A DNA stretch of 64,000 nucleotides from Planctomycetota bacterium (lineage in GTDB: Bacteria > Planctomycetota > Phycisphaerae > WQYP01). Shown piece by piece: positions 20,174 through 31,500 of the stretch (position 1 is its first letter; each line of letters starts with the position of its first letter). The DNA is taken from assembly GCA_021790385.1 (NCBI GenBank), contig JAJYDW010000005.1:6294-70293 (forward strand), given 5' to 3'. A program made the position numbers and the translations under genes. The notes below the pieces were generated by a model. It was not told the origin of the DNA. It searched no databases and saw only the letters and a list, made by a program, of their open reading frames with translations.

Positions 20174-20731
20174 TTAGCTGTAGCAATCCACACTCTCCTG
20201 CCGCATCAACTTGCGAATTTCTATCAGCAACCGCTGCATATCCGCTTCATCCGTTACCCCCGCTGGAACCAGGGACACGGTTTCCACCGACTGATCCGGA
20301 CCAATTTTCCAGGTCACATCCACCACCAGTGACGCTTCCATAAACCCCTGCCAATGGACACTTTCCACCCGTGGCCGGGCCACCTGCGACCACGGCAATC
20401 TTCGACCGTCAAGCTTAAGCCCACCCGGCCCCGCTACGGCCCAAGCCCCGCGCACCCAGCTCAAAACCAAAAACAAATGAATCACCGCCGCCAGCACCAA
20501 TGCCGGCCCTGCCAAGTAAATAATGCGATTGTCGGCCAGGCCCAAACGCTGTGGCATCAGCAGCCCGACCACCATCAGGGTAATCGCCGCAACCACGGCC
20601 ACCCATGCCGCCAGTTCGCGCAGCCGCCCTGCCGGCGGAATCTTGCGCGGACCAATAAACACCAGCCCCTGGCGTTTCCACCAGAAACCACCCGTGTCAG
20701 AGGTATCGTTTTTTGAGGCAGTCTTCATCAT
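20174..20731 (-). CDS. Hypothetical membrane protein (2 TM plus PH-like C-terminus)
   Basis: Two hydrophobic segments; start uncertain (20773 or 20731). Confidence 0.55.
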   Translation of the reverse strand: MMKTASKNDTSDTGGFWWKRQGLVFIGPRKIPPAGRLRELAAWVAVVAAITLMVVGLLMPQRLGLADNRIIYLAGPALVLAAVIHLFLVLSWVRGAWAVAGPGGLKLDGRRLPWSQVARPRVESVHWQGFMEASLVVDVTWKIGPDQSVETVSLVPAGVTDEADMQRLLIEIRKLMRQESVDCYS

Positions 20732-21030
20732 GTCGGTTTTCAGTTTTGTTTGTGATCCACGGCCAGGCTTCAAACCCGATCGGTCCGTCGAATTGCATTA
20801 AATCGGAATGAATGATGTATTCTCGTTATGGGCGATACAACCCTGAACAGTATACAAAAACATCAGCAAATCCGCCAGTTTCCAATGCTGTCGTTGCAAA
20901 AAGTGTTGCATTGGAACAATAATTTACCTTTATAAAAGAAAAGCACTCTCTACTACCCACTGAAATCAAGGCACAGATCATGGTTATCGTTCGACGCGGC
21001 TTAACCCGACGTAATAGCCGCCACCTGCTG

Positions 21031-21766
21031 AAACGACATCGCTATAAAATGGAAGATTTTATTTTGGATGACCGGTGAGCAAGGACAGATGCAAGCAGAG
21101 ACCGCATGGATGCCCAACAATTATGGTCCTTGGTCCCGGCGTTGGTGAAGTATATCAAGGGATATTGGCTTTGGTTGAAGCGACACAACACCTTCCGACA
21201 GTTTTGCAGCTATCTGCCGGGTTTGATGGCGGATTTGGATCGTAAGAGCACTGTGCCCATTGCGTTGGCCACCGGCACGGCCGTTCGCACGTTACAGGAG
21301 TTCTTGGCCTTTTAAATCTGAGATCATGCCCGCATGGACCGTATGCTTGTGGACCACGTGGTTCAGCGTTGTCCAGAGGGTACATTGGAATCATAGAGGA
21401 TAGCGGGCACGCCAAACGTAGGGACAACACGCCCGGCGTGCAGCGTGAGTATTGTGGTGAGACCGGCAGGATTGATAACTTCGTGTTTGGCCAGCATTTA
21501 TTTTTTTATGGATAACCAGCCTTCGAATCCATTTTGTTGCATGTTGCAAAGTGACCTGCATCTGCCCAAAGGATGGCCGAAAGATCGCCCACGGTGTCAA
21601 GAGGCGGGCAGTGGCGATGATCGCTACCGAACTATGGCAGCGGTACTATTGTACGCGACGGTGGCTGCTTCATTGTTGTGCTTCCTACCAGATACGCCAT
21701 GCTGCTACTTACGCCAGTCGAAGACGCAGAAACAAAAATAAAGAGTTTTTATAGCGCTGTTTTTAG
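21031..21766 (+). mobile_element. Internally deleted IS701-family element (transposase pseudogene with both terminal IRs)
   Basis: Fragments GLMADLDRKS..PIA, GIIEDSGH..TPGVQREYCGETGRIDN and LQSDLHLPKGW..RCQEAG broken by stops and frameshifts; left end ACATCGCTATAAAA vs right end TTTTATAGCGCTGT (21747-21760). Confidence 0.8.
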
Positions 21767-21874
21767 GATCCACGGATCACTGAAGCTGCGATTCATAATA
21801 CGATCCGCGCCGCTATATCCTAAAATAGTACTGCGAATGAGCACTAAACGTCATTTGACCATACTTAAACTATA

Positions 21875-21951
21875 TGGAATAAAGTTATTCCAAAAAAACT
21901 TTTAAATTTTGTAGCTTTTTTATTTGACAAGGCCTATAAATGCTGTATGCT
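21875..21951 (+). promoter_or_regulatory. Palindromic operator 1 plus sigma70-type promoter
   Basis: TGGAATAAagTTATTCCA (21875-21892); TTGACA 21924-21929; TATGCT 21946-21951. Confidence 0.75.
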
Positions 21952-22059
21952 GGTCAACGTAGTAACACTGGCGGCTCCGGAAATGAGCCAACGGTCAGAT
22001 GAGGCGGTGTTTGCTTTGCCTGTGGTTTTTAGAGGGCGTTTGCATTGGAGGATTGAATC

Positions 22060-23628
22060 ATGCGAACGGAATTCAAATCATCTAAGTATGTAGCATTGGC
22101 ACTGGCAGCGGCGGTGGCAACTGCGGGCATTGCCGCTTCGGGCACAGCGGCGCGAGCCACTACGGCTACGTGGACGGGCGGTGGTGGAAGCGGCAATACC
22201 AATTGGTCAGACACGGCCAACTGGAGCGGAGGCAGTATTCCCGGCACCGGCGATACGGTGGCTTTCGGCACCAGTACTTCTCTGACGAGCTATAACGACA
22301 ATAGCGGCTTGTCGATTGCGGAATTGGCGTTTGGTTACCCGGCTTCTGGTGGCCCGGATTCATTTACACTGAGCGGCAACGCTCTGACCATTACCAGTAA
22401 TGGAGTATCCTCCGGGTACGGCGTGTACAGCGGGGCCGGTTCCGGAATAACCGAGACCGTCAATAACGATCTGAATTTCAGCGGTAACTCAACCGTGCGC
22501 GAAACCTCATCCGGAACAATTGTTCTTGATGGCACTATAGCTGGCAATGGCAACCTTACACTCAATGCCGGCAGTGGTGCCATCGTTCTTAACGACACCT
22601 CTGGTGGAACAGATACATTTACCGGCGGGCTGATTGGCATTAATGGCATTATCGACCTGAAGGCCGGTAACTACACGTTTCAGGGCAATAGCTACGCCTT
22701 ACAAGGTACCGTCACCATGACTGGCGGCAGTTTAACCCTCGGCAGTAGCAGTAGCGTGACAATAGAGAATGTAACCAACATATTCAACATCAGCGGTGGC
22801 ACACTTGCCTACAACGGTTGGTACCGAGGTGCCGGTAACACGACCATTTCTACTGGCGGCACTTTGACTGTTAACGCCGTCGGAGCCTCCGGCCCGCGCA
22901 TCTCGACTGACACCTATAACGGGGCGTTGACCGTAGCGGGGGGTAGCGCAACCTTCTCCAGTGTAATCACGGTCAATAATGCCGGCTCGACAAACACCGG
23001 TACCATTAACCTCAATTCAGGCACGCTTACAATGCCTGGCCTTCTATTTAACAGCACCACTAACGGCACGGCCGTAATCAATTCCAACGGTGGAACGCTG
23101 GAATTTTCCGCTGCGGACACCATCGCATCCAGCACCGCCGCCACCTGGAATGTGCTGGCTGGCGGGGCGGTTATTAATACTGATGGCAACAAGGTTACTA
23201 TTGATCAGGCGCTGGTAAGTGATGCCACCGCCGATGGCGGTTTAATCAAAGAGGGATCAGGTATGCTGAACCTGGCCAGCACTGCAAATACGTACAATGG
23301 CAATACCACTGTGAATGCCGGTACGCTGGAAATTAATTCCAACTTTCTGGCCAGCACCAGTACCGTGTCCATAACCAGTGGTGCCATCATGGACTTAAAT
23401 TACAGCAACACCGTTACAGATATCGTTAAAGCCCTGTACCTCAATGGCGTAAGCCAGGGAGCGGGCGTCTACGGCGCGGGCCATTTGGGTTCCACTTATT
23501 TCTCTGGTACCGGCACGCTGACGGTGCAGGGCAGCGACATTCCGGAGCCGGCAACACTGGCGCTGATGGCGATGGCCGGCATTGGCATGCTGACGATAAA
23601 ACGGCGAAAGAACATCGGTTCACTTTAA
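22060..23628 (+). CDS. PEP-CTERM surface protein with autotransporter-associated beta-strand repeats
   Basis: Signal peptide, WTGGG..NWSD..NW, GGLIKEGSGMLNL..NTYNGNTTVNAGTL, C-terminal IPEPAT-TM-KRRK. Confidence 0.9.
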   Translation: MRTEFKSSKYVALALAAAVATAGIAASGTAARATTATWTGGGGSGNTNWSDTANWSGGSIPGTGDTVAFGTSTSLTSYNDNSGLSIAELAFGYPASGGPDSFTLSGNALTITSNGVSSGYGVYSGAGSGITETVNNDLNFSGNSTVRETSSGTIVLDGTIAGNGNLTLNAGSGAIVLNDTSGGTDTFTGGLIGINGIIDLKAGNYTFQGNSYALQGTVTMTGGSLTLGSSSSVTIENVTNIFNISGGTLAYNGWYRGAGNTTISTGGTLTVNAVGASGPRISTDTYNGALTVAGGSATFSSVITVNNAGSTNTGTINLNSGTLTMPGLLFNSTTNGTAVINSNGGTLEFSAADTIASSTAATWNVLAGGAVINTDGNKVTIDQALVSDATADGGLIKEGSGMLNLASTANTYNGNTTVNAGTLEINSNFLASTSTVSITSGAIMDLNYSNTVTDIVKALYLNGVSQGAGVYGAGHLGSTYFSGTGTLTVQGSDIPEPATLALMAMAGIGMLTIKRRKNIGSL

Positions 23629-23646
23629 TAAAGATTGGGCGGTTAC

Positions 23647-24951
23647 ATGACGGAAATGCTGCAGCCACGCAAAACAGTGGGCGAAAGCTCATGGTTTGTG
23701 CGGGATCGGTTTGGGATGTTTATTCACTGGGGGTTGTATTCCATGGCGGCCCGGCACGAATGGGTGATGCATCACGAAAAAATTTCGCCCCAGGACTATG
23801 AAAAAAAATACTTTTCACGCTTTGATCCAGACCTGTATAACCCGCAGGCCTGGGCGGATGCGGCCAGCCGCGCCGGGATGAAGTATTTTGTGATTACCAC
23901 CAAGCATCACGAAGGATTTTGCCTGTGGGATTCCAAGCTTACCCCTTACAAGGCCACGCGCACGCCGGCCGGTCGTGACCTGCTGCGTCCCATGGTGGAG
24001 GCGTTTCGCCAACGGGATCTGCGGGTGGGCTTGTACCATTCTCTGATTGACTGGCACCATGACCAGTATGTGATTGATCCACACATTGGGCCGCTGCGGG
24101 ACCATCCGGATCGGGCCAAGCTCAACGAGGGGCGCAATCAGGCCAAGTATGCCGCGTATTTGCATGGGCAGGTGCGGGAATTGCTGAGCCACTACGGCAA
24201 AATTGATGTGCTGTGGTTTGATTTCAGCTACCCCAAGCCGGATGGCTCCGGCAAGGGTCGCCAGGACTGGCAAAGCGAGAAGCTCTACAAACTGGTGCGT
24301 AAGTTGCAGCCGAAGGTGCTGCTCAACGACCGCATAGACCTGCCGGATAGCTGGGACATCAAAACGCCGGAACAGGTGGTGCCGCGGCAAGGGGTGGTGG
24401 TGGACGGGCGGCCCGTGGTGTGGGAGGCGTGCCACACCTTTTCGGGTTCGTGGGGTTATCACCGGGATGAGCAATCATGGAAAAGTGTGGGGCAGTTGGT
24501 GGAAATGCTGGTTGACACAGTAAGTAAAAATGGCAATCTGCTGCTGAATGTAGGCCCCACATCCCGGGGCACTTTTGATGAACGGACGATGGAGCGGCTA
24601 AGCGGCATCGGCCAATGGATGGATCTGCACAGCCGATCTATTTACGGCTGCGGAGCTGCGCCGGCGGAATTTCCGGTACCGCAGGATTGTCGATTGACCT
24701 GGAATGCGGCCCGGAAGCGCATGTACGTGCATGTACTGGCGTGGCCATTCCGGCATCTGCACCTGGATGGATTCAAGAATCGGGTGGCATACGCCCAGTT
24801 GCTCAATGACGGTTCGGAAATAAACTTTCATCAGGACGGCCACCATGGGCTGCATTTTAAGGGTGTGGCCACACCGGAAACGCTGACCCTGGAATTGCCG
24901 GTGCAGCGGCCCCAGGTTACGGTACCGGTGATTGAACTGTTTATGAAATAG
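23647..24951 (+). CDS. Alpha-L-fucosidase (GH29), no signal peptide
   Basis: RFGMFIHWGLY, TTKHHEGF, LWFD nucleophile, NLLLNVGP. Confidence 0.93.
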   Translation: MTEMLQPRKTVGESSWFVRDRFGMFIHWGLYSMAARHEWVMHHEKISPQDYEKKYFSRFDPDLYNPQAWADAASRAGMKYFVITTKHHEGFCLWDSKLTPYKATRTPAGRDLLRPMVEAFRQRDLRVGLYHSLIDWHHDQYVIDPHIGPLRDHPDRAKLNEGRNQAKYAAYLHGQVRELLSHYGKIDVLWFDFSYPKPDGSGKGRQDWQSEKLYKLVRKLQPKVLLNDRIDLPDSWDIKTPEQVVPRQGVVVDGRPVVWEACHTFSGSWGYHRDEQSWKSVGQLVEMLVDTVSKNGNLLLNVGPTSRGTFDERTMERLSGIGQWMDLHSRSIYGCGAAPAEFPVPQDCRLTWNAARKRMYVHVLAWPFRHLHLDGFKNRVAYAQLLNDGSEINFHQDGHHGLHFKGVATPETLTLELPVQRPQVTVPVIELFMK

Positions 24952-25022
24952 CCGCAACTACAAATCGGCCCAACGGAACCGTTTGTCCCGCTGGGTTATC
25001 GACCGGCTTTTGTGCGTCTTGG

Positions 25023-26507
25023 TTATGGCGTAAGGCCCAGCCGGGTGTATTGTTCCAGCGGGGCTTCATAATTTTTCAGATGGGCTTTGAGCCGCTGAAT
25101 AAAATGGCTTTCAATCCCCTCATCGGTCAGCGGATGTTGCTGGTTAGGGTCGTGGAGTAAATCCCATAACTGATGCGGCCGGTCATATCCGTCCTCCTTC
25201 GTGGGGGCTTGGGGTACGCGGCCCGGCGTGGGAATTTTATACAGTGGCAAGTTATAGGTATGGCCAAAATACCGGCCCATTTCAATGTGTTCATGCACGG
25301 ACCGTGGAAACCATCTATTCATGCCGGCCACGGGCATGGCGGTATAGGCATGGAGCGGACCGCCATCGGGATTGATAGGATTACGCATGTAAAAATAGCG
25401 GCCATCGGTAATGTTGGTGGCCATGCCGAAATAGCCCAAAATACCGTCTTTGCGTACGGGCTGGCCGGCGATGGCGGGCCGAAGTGAGCGGCCATGGACA
25501 AACGGCGGTGGGGGCACACCGAAATAGTCCAGAAAAGTGGGCATGATGTCAATGGTCTGGGTCATGGTACTGATGCGGCCTGACGACGGGTTGCCACCGG
25601 GTGGTTTTATAATCAGGGGAATTCGTCCAATTTCGCGGTAAACGGGCATGAACACCTTCATCCAGAAGCCGTGTTCAGCGAGCATGGTACCATGGTCGGT
25701 GGTGAAAATGATCAGGGTTTCATCGAAAATACCAATTTCCTCGAGCTTGGCGAGTATTTTGCCCAGCCAGAAATCCGTCATGGTAAGCAGACCGGCGTAA
25801 CATTTGCGGATGTGCTCGACCGCCGCCGGGGATTCTTTAACCACGTCATATTTGGGCCAGTCAAAAAGAGGACCGTCCCAGGTATCATGGTACAAGTCGC
25901 GATATTGTTGGGTGCAATAGAAAGGCTCGTGCGGGTCAAATATCTCCACCTGCATAAACCAATTATCCGCATGACGATTATCTTCCAGCCATTGTATCGC
26001 ACTGGCGGCCGTGCGGTGGCCGGAAAAATCTTCTTCCCGCAGTTGGCGCAGACGGTTTTTATAGTTCTGGTCATCGCGTGGGGTTACACGAGGATCAAGT
26101 CTTTCCGGCATGGCGGGGCGATCGACCAGAGAAACCCAGGGGTCATATTCCTGGCCGCGGAACAGCTCCCAGGTGTTAAATGCGGTGTGATAGTTCTCGC
26201 CGCCGAGTTCAAAATAATGGTAATGATCGGTTAATAAATGGGTAAAAATGCCTTGATTCTGGAGGATTCGGGGCAGGACATCATCGTAGGGTTCAACAGG
26301 GCCCCAACCGCGATAGATAAAATTATACTGGCCGGTGGTAAATTCCCGTCTGGCCGGCATACAAGGCAGCGAACCGACCCAATGGTTATCAAATTGCAGA
26401 CCGCAGCCTGCCAAACGGTCAATATTGGGTGTTTTTACCCACGGGCTTCCGTAACACCCCAGGTAATCCTGCCGGACGGTATCCAGCACCAAAAACAACG
26501 CTTTCAT
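25023..26507 (-). CDS. Cys-type (formylglycine) sulfatase
   Basis: LDTVRQD, CMPAR signature, DPHEPF, TTDHG. Confidence 0.9.
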   Translation of the reverse strand: MKALFLVLDTVRQDYLGCYGSPWVKTPNIDRLAGCGLQFDNHWVGSLPCMPARREFTTGQYNFIYRGWGPVEPYDDVLPRILQNQGIFTHLLTDHYHYFELGGENYHTAFNTWELFRGQEYDPWVSLVDRPAMPERLDPRVTPRDDQNYKNRLRQLREEDFSGHRTAASAIQWLEDNRHADNWFMQVEIFDPHEPFYCTQQYRDLYHDTWDGPLFDWPKYDVVKESPAAVEHIRKCYAGLLTMTDFWLGKILAKLEEIGIFDETLIIFTTDHGTMLAEHGFWMKVFMPVYREIGRIPLIIKPPGGNPSSGRISTMTQTIDIMPTFLDYFGVPPPPFVHGRSLRPAIAGQPVRKDGILGYFGMATNITDGRYFYMRNPINPDGGPLHAYTAMPVAGMNRWFPRSVHEHIEMGRYFGHTYNLPLYKIPTPGRVPQAPTKEDGYDRPHQLWDLLHDPNQQHPLTDEGIESHFIQRLKAHLKNYEAPLEQYTRLGLTP

Positions 26508-26600
26508 AGAGTGTATCTCCGTGCCATGGCCGCAACGCGGAACCACTGAATTATAACAGAATATCGCGGAGAGAAGGAATTAGCATCATTCAATTTAATT

Positions 26601-26679
26601 CAGAATAAACTTATTCCAATATATTGTGTTTATAGTCTGATTCATTTTCCTTGCCATGAACGGGAAATCATGTTAGGAT
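26601..26679 (+). promoter_or_regulatory. Palindromic operator 2 plus sigma70-type promoter
   Basis: caGAATAAacTTATTCCA (26601-26618); TTGCCA 26651-26656; 17 bp; TGn-TAGGAT 26674-26679. Confidence 0.7.
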
Positions 26680-26777
26680 GATGATAAGGATGGCCGATAA
26701 CCAAAGAGGTGGAGTGTAACTGCTACGTTTTTGGGCGGCCCAGGTGCTCGGCGGTTGATGAAAATCAGGTGGCAGCC

Positions 26778-27599
26778 ATGCCAAAAAGGAATCAGAAAGC
26801 CTTTACATTGGTGGAACTGCTGGTGGTGATTTTGATCATTGCCATTTTAATCGCTCTTTTACTGCCGGCACTGGGGGCAGCAAGACAACTGGCGTATACG
26901 GTAGACTGCGAATCGAACTTAAGACAGATCGGCCTGGCTGCCCAAATGTATGAAAGTACGTACGATGATTTTATCCCCTGCCAGCAAAACTACGGCCCCC
27001 CAGCTTATTCAGGCATGCTTACGTGGGATAAGCAGTTGTATGAGTTTTTGAGCGGCCGATCGCTGACGCCGCAGCAGATCAACCACGATCTTCCGGCGAC
27101 GATGCGATTGCCGGTTTTTATGTGCCCGGATGATATTCGCGCCAGCCAAATTGGAGCGTCCTATCTCTATAATCAAGCCCCATTGTCGTATGCCATTGTT
27201 CAAGGCCCCATTTTTACGCCTGGCGGTCCCGGAATTTATGGGCTTATTGCTCCGGGGCAGGCACCTTACAGTACCGGCCAAGGGCCGACGGGCAGTTCAC
27301 TGCCTGACCCATCGGGCACACTTTATTGCACCGACAGCTTTGGCTTCTGTGATCAGTTTGCCGACCCGCCTTCTGCAACGGCCGGGGCTTTTCAGGGCAA
27401 CACATCGCCACCAAATTTTGTACGTAACCAGTATCAGGATGCCTGGACGGGCCAACTGCTGACACCGCCGCATAGCGGCGGCACGTACAATTATTTATAC
27501 CTTGATTGGCATGTGGAAAATAAACGCTACCAGGACACCGTTGGCACCGGTACGGTCGCCGTTCCCCGTGGCGCATGGACGGTTGCCGCCGGCGACTGA
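26778..27599 (+). CDS. Prepilin-type N-terminal cleavage/methylation protein (DUF1559/H-X9-DG-like)
   Basis: [50 protein letters not shown]. Confidence 0.88.
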   Translation: MPKRNQKAFTLVELLVVILIIAILIALLLPALGAARQLAYTVDCESNLRQIGLAAQMYESTYDDFIPCQQNYGPPAYSGMLTWDKQLYEFLSGRSLTPQQINHDLPATMRLPVFMCPDDIRASQIGASYLYNQAPLSYAIVQGPIFTPGGPGIYGLIAPGQAPYSTGQGPTGSSLPDPSGTLYCTDSFGFCDQFADPPSATAGAFQGNTSPPNFVRNQYQDAWTGQLLTPPHSGGTYNYLYLDWHVENKRYQDTVGTGTVAVPRGAWTVAAGD

Positions 27600-28201
27600 A
27601 AAGAGCCTCGATTTACACCGCATCTGATGCACAACGTGTTGCTGCCGGCATGGTTGCGGCCAAGGCCATTGACCTGATAATCCTTACCTGATGACCCACA
27701 GCCGCTCTGCCCGCCGGCTTTACATCCATCGTTAACACACCGGTAGCTTTTAACAGTCTGTACGACGATCGGCGGCAGCCTACGGCGTTGGCTCTGACAG
27801 CAAGTTCATAGGCGAAACGTCTTTTATGCCATATTGTGTCTGGCGCAGCTTAATAGGCCGCATGGCACCCCGTTTGATCCATGTGCCATTGGCAACGTGC
27901 AGGTTCTTGGAAACTTAACTGCTGAAACATTCATTGGTAAGAGTTGCTGCACAGGGAGGCACGCAGTGGCCATTGCACGCCATCGCGGGGTGGCCAAAAT
28001 CCGCTCAATAGCATAATGCCTCTGTCACCTGCGTAAATGAGAGGCAGGGTAATCCAATCTCTTATGCCCAACTCGTGGAATTGATGGCGACGATACGCTT
28101 GAGAGAGCCTCTGTCTGCAGCGATCAGGATCGCCGCGACGCTGAACATCGGGGTTATGTGCATATCACCTGGAGAAGAAATTAGTATCATCCTATGTGAT
28201 A

Positions 28202-28279
28202 TAGAATAAGCTTATTCCAAAATAACTATCCAACTTCTAATTATTTATCCTTGCTATCCATGGGAACACATGGTAGTAT
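28202..28279 (+). promoter_or_regulatory. Palindromic operator 3 plus sigma70-type promoter
   Basis: TaGAATAAgcTTATTCCA (28202-28219); TTGCTA 28251-28256; 17 bp; TGn-TAGTAT 28274-28279. Confidence 0.7.
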
Positions 28280-28398
28280 AAAATTGAAGGGTAACCGATA
28301 ACCCCAAGCGGTGGAGTGCAACTGCGGTGTTTTTGGACGGCCATATAAAAATCTGCACTATGCCCAAACTATCGGCCGGGGAGCGTTGGCTGTACCGG

Positions 28399-28574
28399 AA
28401 GGAATGTGGAGTGTGGCGGCCGGCGATTAGGTGATCTTGGCGCGGTATTGAAAAAGTGGTTATTACTCTTGAGGAGTTATCATAAGTGTTAAAATTTCGG
28501 AAATTGAACGTAGTTGCGGTGCTGGTAATTATATTGGCCCTGGCTGGAGGCAGCGCGTGCCGGGCGGCCCAGGC
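28399..28574 (+). repeat. Direct repeat copy 1 (5'UTR + RBS + signal peptide), copy 2 at 32022-32198
   Basis: Closely similar ~176-bp sequence encoding (V)LKFRKLNVVAV.VIILALAGGSACR.AQA. Confidence 0.9.
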
Positions 28575-31500
28575 GGGTCAAACCGCCAAACCAGATACTC
28601 TGGCGGCCCAACGGCTGCTGCAACTGCTGGAGTTAAATCCGGGTCAGATGGCGAAGGATGCACTGCGCTTTCGGCCGCAACTGGTGCAGGTTTCCAAACT
28701 ATATTCAGCCGGGCACTATCGCCGGGCGCTGGACACTTTTTACAGTTATTACCTAAGCAAGTTTACGGCCCCGCAGAATTATGGTCTGCCCAGTGCATTG
28801 GCCAGTCCGTATCTGGCGTGGGGTTGCCGGCCTTTTTACTGCGTTCCGCCGCTGTTTAGCGCCCACACGCCGCCAAAAACAATTGTGGCTGCGGCCAATG
28901 ATCTGGTCAAAGGTATCATGAACCTTAATGGGCAGGAGGTTCATATCGGTCCGCCGGGCACAGTCAACTGGAATTATCCATTTCCCGCCGGCCAGCGTGT
29001 ACCGGCCATGTTAAAGCATCCGCAATTGCATCACTGGCAGGTGAATCCTAATCCGGAGCTCTTCACGCTGGGTGGATTTAATCCACTGGTCCAAGCCTAC
29101 ATGCTTACCCATAAAAAGATATACCTGATAACCTGGGCGGCATACCTGCAGGATTGGTGTACGCATTGTCATTACCTGGGAGAACTCAATCCGCTGTTTG
29201 TGCCGGATGGCGTTAATGCCCAACTCGGCGCAATGCCCATCAGCTTTATGCGCTTGCTGGAAGGTATAAAAAGTGTGAATCCAGATATTCAAAAGTATGT
29301 GCCGCCGGCGCTTTTTGCGGTGGCTTTGCGAAAAATGTACCTGGAATGTCTGCTGCCCGGCGTAGCTTATATTCGTTCCAACACTCACAATTGGACACCG
29401 GCTTCCAGTGCTGGCCTGATTAACCCGGTTGTGTTTGACGAGTTTAGCGGATCGGCCACGTTGTTTCGCAACATTGCCCGGCGCAGCATTGAAAATGTGG
29501 AAACCACACAAGCGTTCCGCGACGGCTCGGAAACGCAGGAAGACCCCTGGTATGATCAATTTGATTATGCCAATATCTGGTGGATGATGCGACTGCTGGA
29601 TTCACGCTGCCTGATGGTGCCACCCTGGCAGATGATTTCCTGGGAATCGGCGGTGGCCAACAATCCATTTTTTCATCAGGATGTGCAGCGTCTGCTGCGC
29701 CGCAAAAATACATTTTTAACACATCTGCAAACTCCGCAGGGTGAGTGGCCCATCACGTTCCGAGGAGATCAGCGTCGGGCCGGTGCAATGCCCTACCCAT
29801 ATGCGCCTCAGGCCTGGAATAATCCGGTAAATGCGGCGATTATGGAGGCCATCTTTAATCCTACGGCGGGCGTTGCGCCGCCGTATACCTGCGATTGGTT
29901 TCCTTATATCGGCTTGGCCATTATACGCGATGGGTGGAAGCCCACCAGTAGTTATGGAGCCTTGTTTTGCTCGCCGCATCCGCCGGGTTACGGAGCTTAT
30001 CGTGGTCGCAGTGATAACAACAGTTTTGGCCTGGCAGCTTATGGTCAGGACTTGCTGGTGAACAATACCACCGGCCATTATATGTACCCAACTTCGCCGA
30101 TGAAAGTGAATGGTTTTAACCAGTTTTTTGAGACCGGCATCTATAAAGTTCCGTCGCCGGAAGGCCATAAATCTTATGAAGTTCACGCCTGGCACACTCC
30201 GGCTCCCTGGCTGTGGTATGCCTCTTCCACGCTGAACCTGGCCGAGGGCATTTACGCCGGCCGCTGGGGCGATTTGCAGCGTCCGCGCACCGTGGCCGGC
30301 CCGTACGGCCCGGATCAAAGTATGCAGGGCACCCTGACCAAGGCCCAAACCTTTGGCGGGGTGATATTTCAGCGACAGGTGATGCAGGTACGCCGGGCAA
30401 AGCTGTGGATTGTTACCGATCGGCTGCTTACCAAAAAGAATAACCACTACACGCAGATCTGGCGTTTGCCGATTTCGCCGACGCCTTCTTCATATCCGAG
30501 AGCATTTAAGCTATCGCATATTCATATCAATGCGGCGGACAGGTCCATCATCACGGACCAGCCCAATGGGCATGGCAAGTGGAGGCCGATTCCCAAGGCC
30601 AATATGCAGTTGTTGCAATTCAGTCTGGCCCATCTGGCTTATTCTTCAAAGTTGGTCGTTCAGCCGCCCATGGTCTGGAAAACACGCAAATTTTATGTTC
30701 ATCCAAACCTGGATCGCATTGCCGTGAAATGGCATGGCAGGGGTAACCAGCAAATTGTTACGGCGATTCTGGTGGTGCCACCGGGATCCACCCAGGGCAT
30801 GAAAAAACTGCATCAAATCACCAGCGGCAAACAAGGAATTGGTTTTCAGGCGGTAACACCCGATGGCCTGCAGGTGGCGTATCTGGCTTCGCCCAGGGCG
30901 GAGGATGTTTTATCTTTGCCGCAAATGACGATCCATGGACGGGCGCTGCTTCTGGCCGGCAGCCAGGGCATGGCCCTGGGTTGCAGCAGCATCAGCGTGG
31001 GAGGGAAAGCGGTGCATGCAGGCTACCGCAACTTTGCATTCCACCTGGTGGGCGGCAGATTAGCCGACGTGCATCCGATTCATCGGCCGATTGTACCGGT
31101 GAAAATTATGCCTGATACCACGGCCTTTGTTGGACACTTGAAAGTAACCCTAAGTACACCTACTGCGGGCGTAGAAATTCGGTATACCACCAATGGGGCC
31201 AATCCAACGCCACAATCACCTTTGTACACCAGGCCCTTTACCCTTGATCACACCGCCAAGGTGCAGGCCCGGGCCTATCGACCGGGAGTAACATCCAATC
31301 CGATGACCTTAAGCGGCATCCATGCCACCCCTGCTACCGAGGCGATATTTCATAAAATTCACGTGCAGCCGGCATTGCCTTTCTGGATGGCCAGAGTTTG
31401 TAAGCCTGGCGTAGAATGTGCATATTATCAGGCCGGCTGGCAACAGATGTGGTTGAACCTGCAAAATCTCAAACCCCAGAAAACCGGCGTGGTGGGCCAC

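Noticed and set aside
20911-20928. TGGAACAA here and TTATTCC at about 38543 as additional operators
   Set aside because: Half-sites only, without the palindromic partner or the 31-bp promoter spacing.
20780-21030. att-site duplication of the tRNA-Leu 3' end bounding the island
   Set aside because: No copy of the tRNA 3' sequence was found by eye at this boundary.
27600-28170. 570-bp intergenic stretch with a hairpin (TGCCTCT...AGAGGCA) as ncRNA or gene
   Set aside because: No recognisable RNA family or coding motif; probably decayed sequence.
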